From: Promethearchaeota archaeon
GTDB taxonomy: Archaea > Asgardarchaeota > Lokiarchaeia > Sigyniarchaeales > SOKP01
Direction: 5' to 3'
Assembly: GCA_029838195.1 (NCBI GenBank)
Contig: JALGVJ010000024.1
Coordinates: forward strand, 1-64,000
DNA length: 64,000 bases
This document shows, one piece after another, positions 21,290 to 31,256 of this stretch. Below the pieces are notes generated by a model that had not been told where the DNA came from, did no database searches, and was given only the letters and a program-made list of their open reading frames with translations. A program made the translations under genes and the position numbers. Numbering within the stretch: position 1 is the first letter of the stretch; each line of letters opens with the position of its first letter.

Positions 21290-22102
21290 TTATAGCCCTT
21301 TCGGACCTTGCTCGTAAATCTCATATGCTTCATCAACAGAGGCATTTTCGTGAACAATCGCTCGGACGGCTTGAATCATGCCTATCGGACTATCTGATTG
21401 AAAAATATTTCTTCCCATATCTACGCCTACAGCTCCCTTATCAACAGCATTTTTGGACATTTGTAAGGCGTCCCGCTCCGGAATCTTCTTACCTCCTGCA
21501 ATGACAATCGGCACCGGACAAATGCTCGTTACATCTTCAAAATTATCGCAATAATAGGTTTTTACAAAGGTTGCGCCCATTTCGGCAGCTAATCTGCTTG
21601 CCATGCCCAAATAGCGCGCATCTCTTACCATATCTCGTCCTACAGCTGTAACTGCAAGTACTGGAATGCCATATTCTTGCCCCCAATTGACCAATTTCGA
21701 AAGATTCATGATGGTCTGCTTTTCATACTCTCCTCCTACGAATATTGAACACGTAATCGCCGAAACGTTCAAACGAATTGCATCCTCGATCGTTACATTA
21801 ATTTCTTCATTAGATAGTTCCTTTAACATGCTCGCACCAGCTGAAACTCTTAAAACGATGGGAATGTCCGAGTCAGGGCTCACGCAACTACGGAGCATCC
21901 CTCTCGTGAGCATGAGAGCATCAGCATACTGAAATAAAGGTTCTAAATCTCCAAAGCATTTGAGTGTACCTGGAATGTTGCCAAAATATTCATGAACATG
22001 CATGAATCATGCACGTTTTCCATGATCTACGGCAAGCATCACGCAACGTCCCGTTTTAGGCTTTATAATTCTTGAAAGACGGTTTTGCATTCCCCAATCC
22101 AT
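21290..22102 (-). CDS. lsrF: LsrF-like class I aldolase/thiolase (DhnA/FbaB family); split gene, exon1 22102-22019, exon2 21988-21290, 260 aa spliced
   Basis: [28 protein letters not shown]|YFGNIPG..., [29 protein letters not shown]. Confidence 0.88.
21989..22018 (-). other. 30-nt BHB-type intron in the lsrF-like mRNA
   Basis: CATG/CATG 4-bp helix, bulges GA|A and AA|T, intron hairpin AACGTGCATG-ATT-CATGCATGTT, in-frame TGA; removal restores DHGYF. Confidence 0.88.
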
Positions 22103-22333
22103 TATATATCAACTTCCATGATGGTAATTTAATTTCTTATTTTTTTTTAATTATTTACTTATTTCTTATCATGCGTTCTTAATTTTAGTAATTTTACTTC
22201 ATTTTAAAATCTTAAGAGAAAAAAAATTAACAAAGGCATTAAACACACGTGCCTCAAATGATTTTAAAGGCATTGTCCTGAAAAGTTCTACTCTCAATAA
22301 AGAAAGAATGAGAAGAAAAAAAATCGAGGTGAG

Positions 22334-23317
22334 TTAGAGTAATCCCAAGAATTCATGTACTCTGTTTTTGATCTTTTTTACTAAGGAGCTAGAAATTCTG
22401 TTTTGGATGTATTCTTTTATTAAATCGAAATGATATTTATTGATTTTAGAAATGTGAAGGGCTTTAGTCATTTGTTCAATAAGGTCGTTCATGTAAATCT
22501 CTTCCACGTCTTCTAGCACCTTTTTCACGTATTCTACTTCTTTTATGAATTTTTTAATTCCTTGCTGGAGAACAATTATTTGCTCATCTTCATTCATGAT
22601 ATTCAATGCTTTTTTAACGAGTTCTTCTTCAAATTTTAGAGAAGAATAATTCCAAGGAGTCTGTAAGATAATGTTATGAAGGTCAATGAGTAAAGCGTTT
22701 TTCTCTTTTAGTTTAATCTTATCATACTGAATATCTTTTAATGCTTGTGAGATCAGCTCTTCTTCAAATTTAACTGAAGAATAGTTCCATGATGTTGCTA
22801 AGATGTTGGGTTTGAAGTCAATCGGTGCACTTTTTTCTTTTGATTCGATCTTAGCATGTTGAATATCTTTTAAAACGGTTAACGGAGCAGTATCTTGAAT
22901 TGATGCGGGCAGAAATTGTTCGAAAAAGGCATTTAATTTATTGGCATCCTCGTCTGATATGTTATCTCTCATGATATAACTTGGATAATTAAAGAGTTTG
23001 GCATGAATTAAACTTAAAAAACCATAGGTGCCAAATTCATCGAGTAATGAACGGATGGTAAATTTTTTTTCAGCTCTTTCCTCTTTAACTTGAGGCGTGG
23101 GCCCCATGAAAATATCAATTTTTTCATATCCTCGTATGATACCTTTAGCATCGACGAAGACAATGAATTGATGCTCGCGACAAACGGCTCCAGCGGGAAT
23201 TTGGATTTTAATAGTTCCAAATTTCTTTTGTGAGAAAATGCGGTGAGGAACTTTAATGCTCTTAACCATTTGGCATATAGGACACGTTATCTCTAGTTCT
23301 TTAAAATCCTCTGGCAT
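22334..23317 (-). CDS. hypothetical protein with N-terminal Zn-ribbon-like domain and an internal 44-aa duplication
   Basis: CPIC...CREHQF; repeated DIQ...WNYSSxKFEEEL. Confidence 0.75.
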   Translation of the reverse strand: MPEDFKELEITCPICQMVKSIKVPHRIFSQKKFGTIKIQIPAGAVCREHQFIVFVDAKGIIRGYEKIDIFMGPTPQVKEERAEKKFTIRSLLDEFGTYGFLSLIHAKLFNYPSYIMRDNISDEDANKLNAFFEQFLPASIQDTAPLTVLKDIQHAKIESKEKSAPIDFKPNILATSWNYSSVKFEEELISQALKDIQYDKIKLKEKNALLIDLHNIILQTPWNYSSLKFEEELVKKALNIMNEDEQIIVLQQGIKKFIKEVEYVKKVLEDVEEIYMNDLIEQMTKALHISKINKYHFDLIKEYIQNRISSSLVKKIKNRVHEFLGLL

Positions 23318-23466
23318 GAAATCCCCAATTCCTATACTTTTTAAAAAATCGTGCTTTAATCAAATATATATATCTAAATTCTTAATGGTGCTACATAATT
23401 TAAAGTTATTTATTCAATAAATATTATACAAATTCCTACTATATAACTTTGATCCCTTTTTACCTC

Positions 23467-24486
23467 TCATCCTTGATGGGAGAAGAGGGATTCTATCCAT
23501 GGAATGATTTCTTTTAAAGCCTCATCGATGTATTCTTGAAAGATTAAATGTGAGGCGCCCTTTATCACGACCAATTGTCCTGGAGCGTTACTTAAACGCT
23601 CTTGTATTTCTTTCATGTAGTCCAATGAGAATAAGAAATCATGTTCGCCATTAATGATCAGGATAGGGGTAGTAATCTCTTCTATGGGTTTTGCTAGAGG
23701 CTCTTTTAACTGGGCTCTAAGAGCCGTTAATGTGTATTTCTTGGTGAGGAGTGGATCGTTCAAGAGAAATTCAATTCGCTCCGTGAATTTTGAATGTGCC
23801 AATTTTGAAAAATCTAAATAAAGGAAAACGCTAAACCTCCACGTGGGAAAGAGTCGAGCCATGAAAGGAATCAAATGAACTAAGATTCTTAATAAACCCT
23901 TAGGTTTTATGATTTTCTTGTAAGCTTTTTCGTTAAAAATGGCTGCATTATGGCATATTGCTCCTGTAATTCTAATATCATGGGCGGTAGCATAGAGCGT
24001 GGCGATTCCTCCTAAGCTTGACCCCATTAAAACGATCTTGTTTCCATGATTTTCAATTACATGATTAATAACCGCTTGAATCGTCTCCGAGAATTTTTTC
24101 ATGGTAAAATGGCCCCGCTTGCCTCCACTAAGCCCGTGCCCAATTAAATCAGGAGAAATAACGCAGTACCCTTCCTCATGCAAACGATAACAAAACTCCG
24201 CATAAAATTTGCTATATACGGCGGTGCCATGAATAAAAATAACGGTTCCTTTTACGTTCTGCGTAGGTTCATAAACATCGAGATGGATGGGCGTGCCATC
24301 GTCTAATTCAATGTATTTTTCTTGGATTACTTTTTTAATTTCATGGGGATTTTCAGAAAGAACATAATGAAACCAATAATCCGTATCCTTCACTTTTATT
24401 AACTCCTCATTTAAAGTATCAATTTTTAATAAGTCATGACAATTCTTTAATTTTAAGTCGTCCAATAGAATGGAATGTTGCCTCAT
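23467..24486 (-). CDS. alpha/beta hydrolase (lysophospholipase-like)
   Basis: FIHG, DLIGHGLSGGKRG, GSSLG nucleophile, GEHD, SH. Confidence 0.9.
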   Translation of the reverse strand: MRQHSILLDDLKLKNCHDLLKIDTLNEELIKVKDTDYWFHYVLSENPHEIKKVIQEKYIELDDGTPIHLDVYEPTQNVKGTVIFIHGTAVYSKFYAEFCYRLHEEGYCVISPDLIGHGLSGGKRGHFTMKKFSETIQAVINHVIENHGNKIVLMGSSLGGIATLYATAHDIRITGAICHNAAIFNEKAYKKIIKPKGLLRILVHLIPFMARLFPTWRFSVFLYLDFSKLAHSKFTERIEFLLNDPLLTKKYTLTALRAQLKEPLAKPIEEITTPILIINGEHDFLFSLDYMKEIQERLSNAPGQLVVIKGASHLIFQEYIDEALKEIIPWIESLFSHQG

Positions 24487-26219
24487 TATTTAATACTTGA
24501 TTTTTCTTTTCTCGCCTTTGGAAACATGCGATTAAAGATGAGATACATGAATCCCAATTCTACCATTCCCAGTCCTAAGAGGCATGAAATGAAAAGGAGG
24601 ATCCCTTGGGTGTAATATAAAAATGCTGGAAGTAATGCGGAGAGAGAAATGAAAAGATACGTGAAAAATATTAACCCAATCCATTTTAATATCTTATGAT
24701 TGGGATGGACTTCTTCCACTACGTATTTATATTTTAATTTGCCAAAAAACTGTACTTTTAACATGAAGGAAAGCAAGATACTTGCCCAAATCAGAGGTAA
24801 ACTTGCCGGAATAAAAATGAGTAAGTTGAACAATTTAGCATTAAACAGAAAGAGTACCATTTGTAATGAAAATGAAAGGGTCAATATCATCAACATGAGA
24901 TATAATTTTGCTTTAGCTTGGTCCCGTGGATAGATGGGCAAAGCGGCTAAGAGCGTGGTTCCAGATTCTTCCATTCCTAATAAACCCGAAATGAGCATGA
25001 GAGAAATAAAAGGACTCATGAATAACAAGATCCCAAAAATGGAAATTACTCCGATCTCGCCCATCTCGTTTTGGACATTCATTAATAGCGGAACACTGAA
25101 AAAAAAAGGAAAAATCAAGGGCATGATTAAAAACATTAAAGTTTGCAAGTCTCTGGTGGCTGTTAAAAGATCTTTTTTGAGAAATGCCTTTATAGGCGTG
25201 CTTAATTCAATTTCAATCACGATGTTGCCCTTGCTTTCCTCAATGCGTTGGCTACGGGAAGCTCTGATTTCATGAGAAGTAATTGTTTTTAATGAATTTA
25301 ATGCCCTTTTATAGATTTTAATAGTGATTATCGTGAAGAAAAAGAGGCCCACAAGAGAGGAGATCCACAGCTCAATGGGCTCCTCAACGGCATAACTCAT
25401 CAGTGTAATAAAATAACCCGAAGAAAATGGAAAGGGAATTAAACTCATTAGTATATTAAACCAAGTAGACGAGAGAAGAACAAAATCCGCGTGAACAAGA
25501 ACCTCAATGGACATGAAAAAACTCTGTAAGACAAACGCAGTACCAAAAGAAATGAAAATATACCCTAACATGGAAAAAATCCTCAAGAACGCGGCCTTTT
25601 TAGAATTAATATCGCCCAAGGTCATGATTTTATTTAATTTTTCTCCCACTATCACCAGCAAACTAAAGGAGAACATGACATTCAAAATTGAAATTAATAA
25701 ACTTGAAATAAATATTATTAGATTTAAGGTTCTTAATCCCATTATGATGGGAAATACGATGATTACAGCAATCAAAGGAAGGTCGAAGCTTCTAAAAAGG
25801 GTCATGAACCCAATTTTTCTCAGTTGGTCTTTTGAAATGGGCAATGTCTCCAACCATCTAAAAGTTTCTCCGGACATCATTGCACTCACGTTAAATAGCC
25901 CTAAAAGAAAAATATATAAAAATTGGATGATAAAGGTCATGCTAAAAATAAGATTTCCAATAAATAAAATGGACATTCTTGATAGTCCCCCTTCTTTCAT
26001 CGCTTCAAACAAGTATTGATAGGAAAAGAACGGCATTAAGGGAAGAATCACTAACACCCCCGTAAGAATTAATTTTATGATAAGCAATTGATATTTGAGG
26101 GATTTTTTATGCTTATCGAATTTTTCTAAAACTCGAGCTTGATTAGCTCCCGCTGTCATGAGCTGAGAATCCAGTACGATCTCAAGAGTCGTGTATTTCG
26201 CAATGGAATACGCTTTCAT
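24486..26219 (-). CDS. ABC exporter membrane subunit
   Basis: Polytopic membrane protein (LETLPIS, KKDL...RD) directly downstream of an ABC ATPase. Confidence 0.75.
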   Translation of the reverse strand: MKAYSIAKYTTLEIVLDSQLMTAGANQARVLEKFDKHKKSLKYQLLIIKLILTGVLVILPLMPFFSYQYLFEAMKEGGLSRMSILFIGNLIFSMTFIIQFLYIFLLGLFNVSAMMSGETFRWLETLPISKDQLRKIGFMTLFRSFDLPLIAVIIVFPIIMGLRTLNLIIFISSLLISILNVMFSFSLLVIVGEKLNKIMTLGDINSKKAAFLRIFSMLGYIFISFGTAFVLQSFFMSIEVLVHADFVLLSSTWFNILMSLIPFPFSSGYFITLMSYAVEEPIELWISSLVGLFFFTIITIKIYKRALNSLKTITSHEIRASRSQRIEESKGNIVIEIELSTPIKAFLKKDLLTATRDLQTLMFLIMPLIFPFFFSVPLLMNVQNEMGEIGVISIFGILLFMSPFISLMLISGLLGMEESGTTLLAALPIYPRDQAKAKLYLMLMILTLSFSLQMVLFLFNAKLFNLLIFIPASLPLIWASILLSFMLKVQFFGKLKYKYVVEEVHPNHKILKWIGLIFFTYLFISLSALLPAFLYYTQGILLFISCLLGLGMVELGFMYLIFNRMFPKARKEKSSIK

Positions 26220-26242
26220 TAGAAGACCATTCTAAACCATGA

Positions 26243-27043
26243 TTAATTTACTTTATTTTTTTTAAAGGACACCCGCAGCCGTTCTACGATTTGATCTACG
26301 GAAGTGTCTTGTTCTGTAAGCCTTAAAAACACGTCTTCCAAGCTTGCTCCAATTTTATTCGCTTTTTTGCGTAATTCTTCCATGGTACCAATTCCTACCA
26401 TTTTTCCTTTATTAATGATCCCGATTCTATCGCATAAATCTTCAGCGATTTCCATGATGTGCGTGGAAAATAAGACAGACCCTCCATTTTGAACATGTAA
26501 TTCTAATATTTCTTTTACCACCTTGACGGATTTTGCATCCAAACCAGACAAGGGCTCATCCAAGATAAGGAGATCGGGTTCATGAAGAATTGCAGCGATG
26601 ATCTGGATTTTCTGTTTATTTCCATGCGATAACGTGCCAATTAATTGATTATAATATTCTATCGCTTCTAAACTTTCTAAATATTCTCTTGCTTTTTTTG
26701 AAGTATAATCTTGATCTAACCCGCGTATTGAAGCTATAAAGTTAAATGCATCCTTTGGAGTGAGAGATTTAAATATGAGAGCCTCTTCGGCTACATATCC
26801 TATTTTCTGTTTTATTAATACGTCATCTCGTTCTGGATTCCATCCAAATACCTCCATTTCACCACCATCAGGCTCTAACAGACCTAAAAGTAGTTTAATA
26901 GTGGTTGTCTTACCCGCTCCATTAGGCCCTAATAATCCAAAAATTTCTCCGGGAAAAACTTCAAATGATATTCCATCTACAGCATTAATTTCATTAAAAT
27001 ATTTCTTTAAGTTACTAACGCGAATTATCGGTTGAGATTCCAT
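26243..27043 (-). CDS. ABC transporter ATP-binding protein
   Basis: GPNGAGKTT, LSHGNKQK, ILDEP, STH. Confidence 0.95.
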   Translation of the reverse strand: MESQPIIRVSNLKKYFNEINAVDGISFEVFPGEIFGLLGPNGAGKTTTIKLLLGLLEPDGGEMEVFGWNPERDDVLIKQKIGYVAEEALIFKSLTPKDAFNFIASIRGLDQDYTSKKAREYLESLEAIEYYNQLIGTLSHGNKQKIQIIAAILHEPDLLILDEPLSGLDAKSVKVVKEILELHVQNGGSVLFSTHIMEIAEDLCDRIGIINKGKMVGIGTMEELRKKANKIGASLEDVFLRLTEQDTSVDQIVERLRVSFKKNKVN

Positions 27044-27103
27044 GATATTGGTTCAAAAATTAAATTTTTTAAAAAGTTATTAACGCTTGAATTTTTCATG
27101 TAA

Positions 27104-28096
27104 TTAAAATTGTAGGAACTTATATTTTTTCTCATTTTTGTTATGTTCTTTTTCCTTTTTTTGGGACATGATAACTATAATGGAAAAAATAACAATAATC
27201 GTCCCGATTAAATGATAGATCGTGAATTCTTCCTTTAAAAGAAGGGTAGCATAGAGCGCTGTTGTGATAGGAGTTGGAGAAACAAGCATGCTTGCTTTTG
27301 ATATGTCTAAGTAAGATAATGTTTTATACCAAGCCCATAATCCGCTACAATATACAAGTCCCATGGCCCACATGTAAAATAAATTTAGGGGATCTAAAAA
27401 GAGACTGATATTTTCTATAGGAAAGAAGATAAAATAACTTGAGATTAGAGCGATTCCTCCAATTATATTTCTCAAAAATACTATTTGTGTTGGTGTAGAT
27501 TCGTTCTTTAAGAAGAGTGGCTTAGTATATGTGTGAGCCAACATCCAAAAGCAAGTAAGCACGAGTAATATAATTACCCCTTGGTTAATCTCTAATAAAT
27601 TGAATGAGGCTTGAGTGACAGCAAAGATTAATCCAAAAAAAAGAAGAAAACAGAAAATAATTTGAATTTTCGTGAGCCTTTCTTTCAAGATGAGCGCTCC
27701 AAAAATTAATGAAAAGATAATGGTCGATTTTTGAGCAATAGCACCAGGAATGGCTCCAGCAAGTTGGTATCCAAGGAAAAAAAGAATATGTCCAAATCCG
27801 AAGGTTAATCCTATAAACAATAATAGTTTTTTATTCCTTTTCCATCCATTTAATTTTGCCATTGCAAGTTCTTTATTTCCTCCTTCTTCAGCATTATTCA
27901 AGACCATTCTTAATTTTTTCCTTTCTTTCAAAAATAATGGGAAAAATATAATTGCTTCTACCAGGCAAGTAGTCGCAGCAAATAAATAAGAATCAATAAT
28001 TAAAGGCCTGGAATTTGCAACTATGGGTTGGAATCCAATTAAAAATGTAGCTAATACTCCGAAACTTACTCCTTTTTTCTCATTTGTTAATTTCAA
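27104..28096 (-). CDS. DMT/EamA family transporter
   Basis: 10 TM helices, ILKERL and LLKEEF repeats. Confidence 0.85.
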   Translation of the reverse strand: MKLTNEKKGVSFGVLATFLIGFQPIVANSRPLIIDSYLFAATTCLVEAIIFFPLFLKERKKLRMVLNNAEEGGNKELAMAKLNGWKRNKKLLLFIGLTFGFGHILFFLGYQLAGAIPGAIAQKSTIIFSLIFGALILKERLTKIQIIFCFLLFFGLIFAVTQASFNLLEINQGVIILLVLTCFWMLAHTYTKPLFLKNESTPTQIVFLRNIIGGIALISSYFIFFPIENISLFLDPLNLFYMWAMGLVYCSGLWAWYKTLSYLDISKASMLVSPTPITTALYATLLLKEEFTIYHLIGTIIVIFSIIVIMSQKKEKEHNKNEKKYKFLQF

Positions 28097-28357
28097 AACA
28101 TGATTACGAAATGTATTGATTAATAAAAAATTTTAGAAAATTTTGAGGAACTAGTGCGGTGTTTAGGGAGGTGAGAAGGATAAAACCTTGATGCGCTTTT
28201 TTTAAAGAAAAATTGAGGAGTATTATAAATAATAATATATGCTATTGAATTTAATCATGGTTATTTTTTTAATTTGGTAAAAAATCAGATATTTTACGAC
28301 TCTAATAACCAGTATTTAATTAAAATTTTTATGAAAAAAGTATTTCCCTACATCTCT

Positions 28358-29209
28358 TTATTTCGATAATTTTGCGTAGCCCGGTTTTATTAAGAAACCA
28401 AGAAATACCATGAAATACACGAACATGTCGATGAGTTCTGCAAAAATTAAGGAAGACACTAAGGAGGCATCATTTACAAACTCATTTCTTAGCTGAGAGG
28501 TATAAAAGCTCAGGATGATTGCCAATAGAAAGCCAAGACCGATGATTAACCCGTGAGCCTGAGAGAGGCGTTTATATTTATACATGATAAAAAACATTAC
28601 AACAATTCCGAGGAGTGTAGTAGTCAATATGATTGAATAAAGTAAAATTACCAACTCAATCGTAGGAAGAATGAGGATGATAAACGTAGTGCCCGTAAAG
28701 AAACCAGTAAATATGAAAAATCTAACCCTCTTTGCCACGTATTCAGGCAGTTCTCTAATAAACGTGGTGAAAATGGAAAAGAGGACAAAAATTCCTAAAT
28801 AAAAGAGAGGAAGAGTGTTAAAAATGATCAGTAAATATCTCGTCTTTAGATAAAATAAGATGATTTGATATTCCAAGGTAATTTGAGAATAATAAAGATA
28901 CCCGAATAAGTCTTGAATTTTTCCATATATCAAAATGTTAAAAAACATCCCGAATAAGAAATAAGCGTCCGACAAGAAAAGAGCTTCCTGTTGAAACCAT
29001 TTATGATATAAAATCACACTCATCAAGATAAACAAGCCAATTCTGATGAGTTCAATGAAAATTATTTCCCATAAGATGTGTAGTGGAGAAGAAATATTTA
29101 CAAGCACCTGAAACATTATTGTCCAATAAATTATCACTAAAACAATGCCACTAATGTTGCCCGATATAATCCCAAGTAAATATTTTCTTTTTTGATCTAA
29201 TTCTAACAT
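28358..29209 (-). CDS. hypothetical polytopic membrane protein
   Basis: ~7-8 hydrophobic segments. Confidence 0.7.
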   Translation of the reverse strand: MLELDQKRKYLLGIISGNISGIVLVIIYWTIMFQVLVNISSPLHILWEIIFIELIRIGLFILMSVILYHKWFQQEALFLSDAYFLFGMFFNILIYGKIQDLFGYLYYSQITLEYQIILFYLKTRYLLIIFNTLPLFYLGIFVLFSIFTTFIRELPEYVAKRVRFFIFTGFFTGTTFIILILPTIELVILLYSIILTTTLLGIVVMFFIMYKYKRLSQAHGLIIGLGFLLAIILSFYTSQLRNEFVNDASLVSSLIFAELIDMFVYFMVFLGFLIKPGYAKLSK

Positions 29210-29429
29210 TTTAGAGTTTATTCATGTTTCTGTACGAATTGATAAAAACATCGAGAAAAATCTTACAATCGTAAAAAAATAATTTCTAATAGATTATTAA
29301 AAAATTATTAATGCCAAGTTTTACCTTAAAGATTTGAAAAAAATGCTAGATTAAAATAACGTGTCAATTGAAAGGGTTAAAAATTAATAAGAAAAAAAAT
29401 AAAAAATTGTTGAATTTAACTGTGCTTTT

Positions 29430-31256
29430 TTATCCCTTAGAATACGTTCCAAAAAGGGGATAATCTTTTAAAAATGTACCCGTAAAAATCGGTCCCTCCT
29501 TACACACGCATGCGTCATTATTTGGTCCAATACAGCATGAACCGCAAGTTCCCACGCCGCATTTCATTTTCCGTTCTAAAGAAGCTTGTAATTCAATCCC
29601 TTTTTCTGTAGCAATCTCTAGTACTTTTTTCATCATCACTTCAGGGCCGCATGTTATTATTAAATCTATGGGATGCTGGTTTAAAATGTCATCTAAAGCA
29701 TCCGTTACGAGACATTTTTTTCCAACAGAGCCATCATCCGTCGTACATAAAGTATTTGGAATATGTTCTATTAATCTATCGGCAAAAATCAAGGAAGCCT
29801 CGTCTTTTGCTCCGATAGCCACGTATACGTTCTTCTTATTTTGTTTCAAGGGTTCGATTAAAGATGTAAGTGCCGCAATTCCCATGCCCCCTCCTACAAT
29901 GAGGATATTTGTCGCATCTTCGTAATTCCAGGCATTTCCAAAAGGACCACGAATTCCAATTTTATCCCCCTTTTTTAATTCAAAAAGTCTTGAGGTACCC
30001 TCTCCGATTTTTTGCACGGTAATTTCTATTAGGCTGCCATTCACTGCCGATACAGACATTGGGAGGAAATCCACGTCCGGAATCCAAAGAATGACAAATT
30101 GGCCCGGTTTATACGCACTTGCAATTCTGGGGTTTCGAATCACGAACGATTTAATCTCAGCAGAATGCTCAATAATATCTTCTATTATTGAAAGATCCGT
30201 TTTGTTACGGGTGAGTTCAAGGACTAATTCTTCCTCATCCTTTTCTAAAGGAGCAATTTCTATAATTCCTTTATCAACAGCCGCCTCCATTAATTTTTTT
30301 CCTTTTTCCGTTCTAATAATAACGGTTCGCCAGCCTTCCTTACTATTACTCCCCACCTCGCCTATGGATAAATCAGCAAAAGATGCTGTATAATCCGAAC
30401 ACGAAAAGCAAGCCGTTCGAATCGCCTTATCATATAATTCTTTTAGGGAGATATTTTTTTTCTCCGAATCGTGATGAATGATCATTTTAAAGCGGTCGTT
30501 ATCTTTCTCAATTTTTTTAATATTCTCTGAAATAACACCATTCTCCTTGAATAGCTCCATTAAGCCTTGATTATGAAAAGTTCCAAAACAAAACGTTCCT
30601 ATCGCCAGTGTTACTAAATCATACGCCTCAAAATCAAATCTCGGATGATTTTGTAGTTTTCTAAGGGCTTGAACTTGACAAGGCGTTCCCACTACACCTA
30701 TATCCACGAATCCCTTGTTAATCGCTTCTCCGACCAAGGAAAGCGTCGGACTCTGACTTGGTTTATATCCAATCCCCTTAGTTAACTCTTCCTTCGATTT
30801 TGCAAGAAAAGGTTGCGGCCTAAATTTATCATCCTTTGAAGTAATGATTGCTGCATCAATCATTCCTACATCCATCGCAACCCACGATAATGCGGTTATG
30901 ACTCCTGCTTCTATGGGTAATTCTTTACGAGCAGCCTCCGACACGCGTGCTGATACGATCTCAATATAATGCCCTAAAATTTTATCCTGCTGCTTACCGA
31001 ATACCCATTTATCCAGCAATTGCAAGGGAATTTGATTCGTCTCCGTTTTAGGACAAATATTATAGCATAACCCGTATCCATCCCTACAAGTATTAGCATC
31101 CTTACAAGAACCGTCCTCAAATGGACGTTCTTTATCAATATCAAACCGAATATTGGCACAAAACGCTCCGCAAGCCCCACAATACACGCATTTACCCGTT
31201 TCTATTATTTCCTCGTTTAATTCCTTCCACCCCTTCTGAATCTTTTGAATATACAT
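29430..31256 (-). CDS. FrhB/FdhB (F420 hydrogenase beta)-like domain fused to a PyrK-like FAD/NAD/[2Fe-2S] electron-transfer domain
   Basis: CVYCGACGAFC, VGTPCQ, CFSCSD, ADLSIG; then KPGQF, GPFGN, GGGMG, CGP, MKCGVGTCGSC, CKEGP. Confidence 0.88.
   Translation of the reverse strand: MYIQKIQKGWKELNEEIIETGKCVYCGACGAFCANIRFDIDKERPFEDGSCKDANTCRDGYGLCYNICPKTETNQIPLQLLDKWVFGKQQDKILGHYIEIVSARVSEAARKELPIEAGVITALSWVAMDVGMIDAAIITSKDDKFRPQPFLAKSKEELTKGIGYKPSQSPTLSLVGEAINKGFVDIGVVGTPCQVQALRKLQNHPRFDFEAYDLVTLAIGTFCFGTFHNQGLMELFKENGVISENIKKIEKDNDRFKMIIHHDSEKKNISLKELYDKAIRTACFSCSDYTASFADLSIGEVGSNSKEGWRTVIIRTEKGKKLMEAAVDKGIIEIAPLEKDEEELVLELTRNKTDLSIIEDIIEHSAEIKSFVIRNPRIASAYKPGQFVILWIPDVDFLPMSVSAVNGSLIEITVQKIGEGTSRLFELKKGDKIGIRGPFGNAWNYEDATNILIVGGGMGIAALTSLIEPLKQNKKNVYVAIGAKDEASLIFADRLIEHIPNTLCTTDDGSVGKKCLVTDALDDILNQHPIDLIITCGPEVMMKKVLEIATEKGIELQASLERKMKCGVGTCGSCCIGPNNDACVCKEGPIFTGTFLKDYPLFGTYSKG

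Noticed and set aside
22007-22009. In-frame TGA in the lsrF-like gene read as selenocysteine or readthrough
   Set aside because: It lies in a 10-codon insertion that breaks DHG-YF, does not align to a Cys, and is removed exactly by the BHB.
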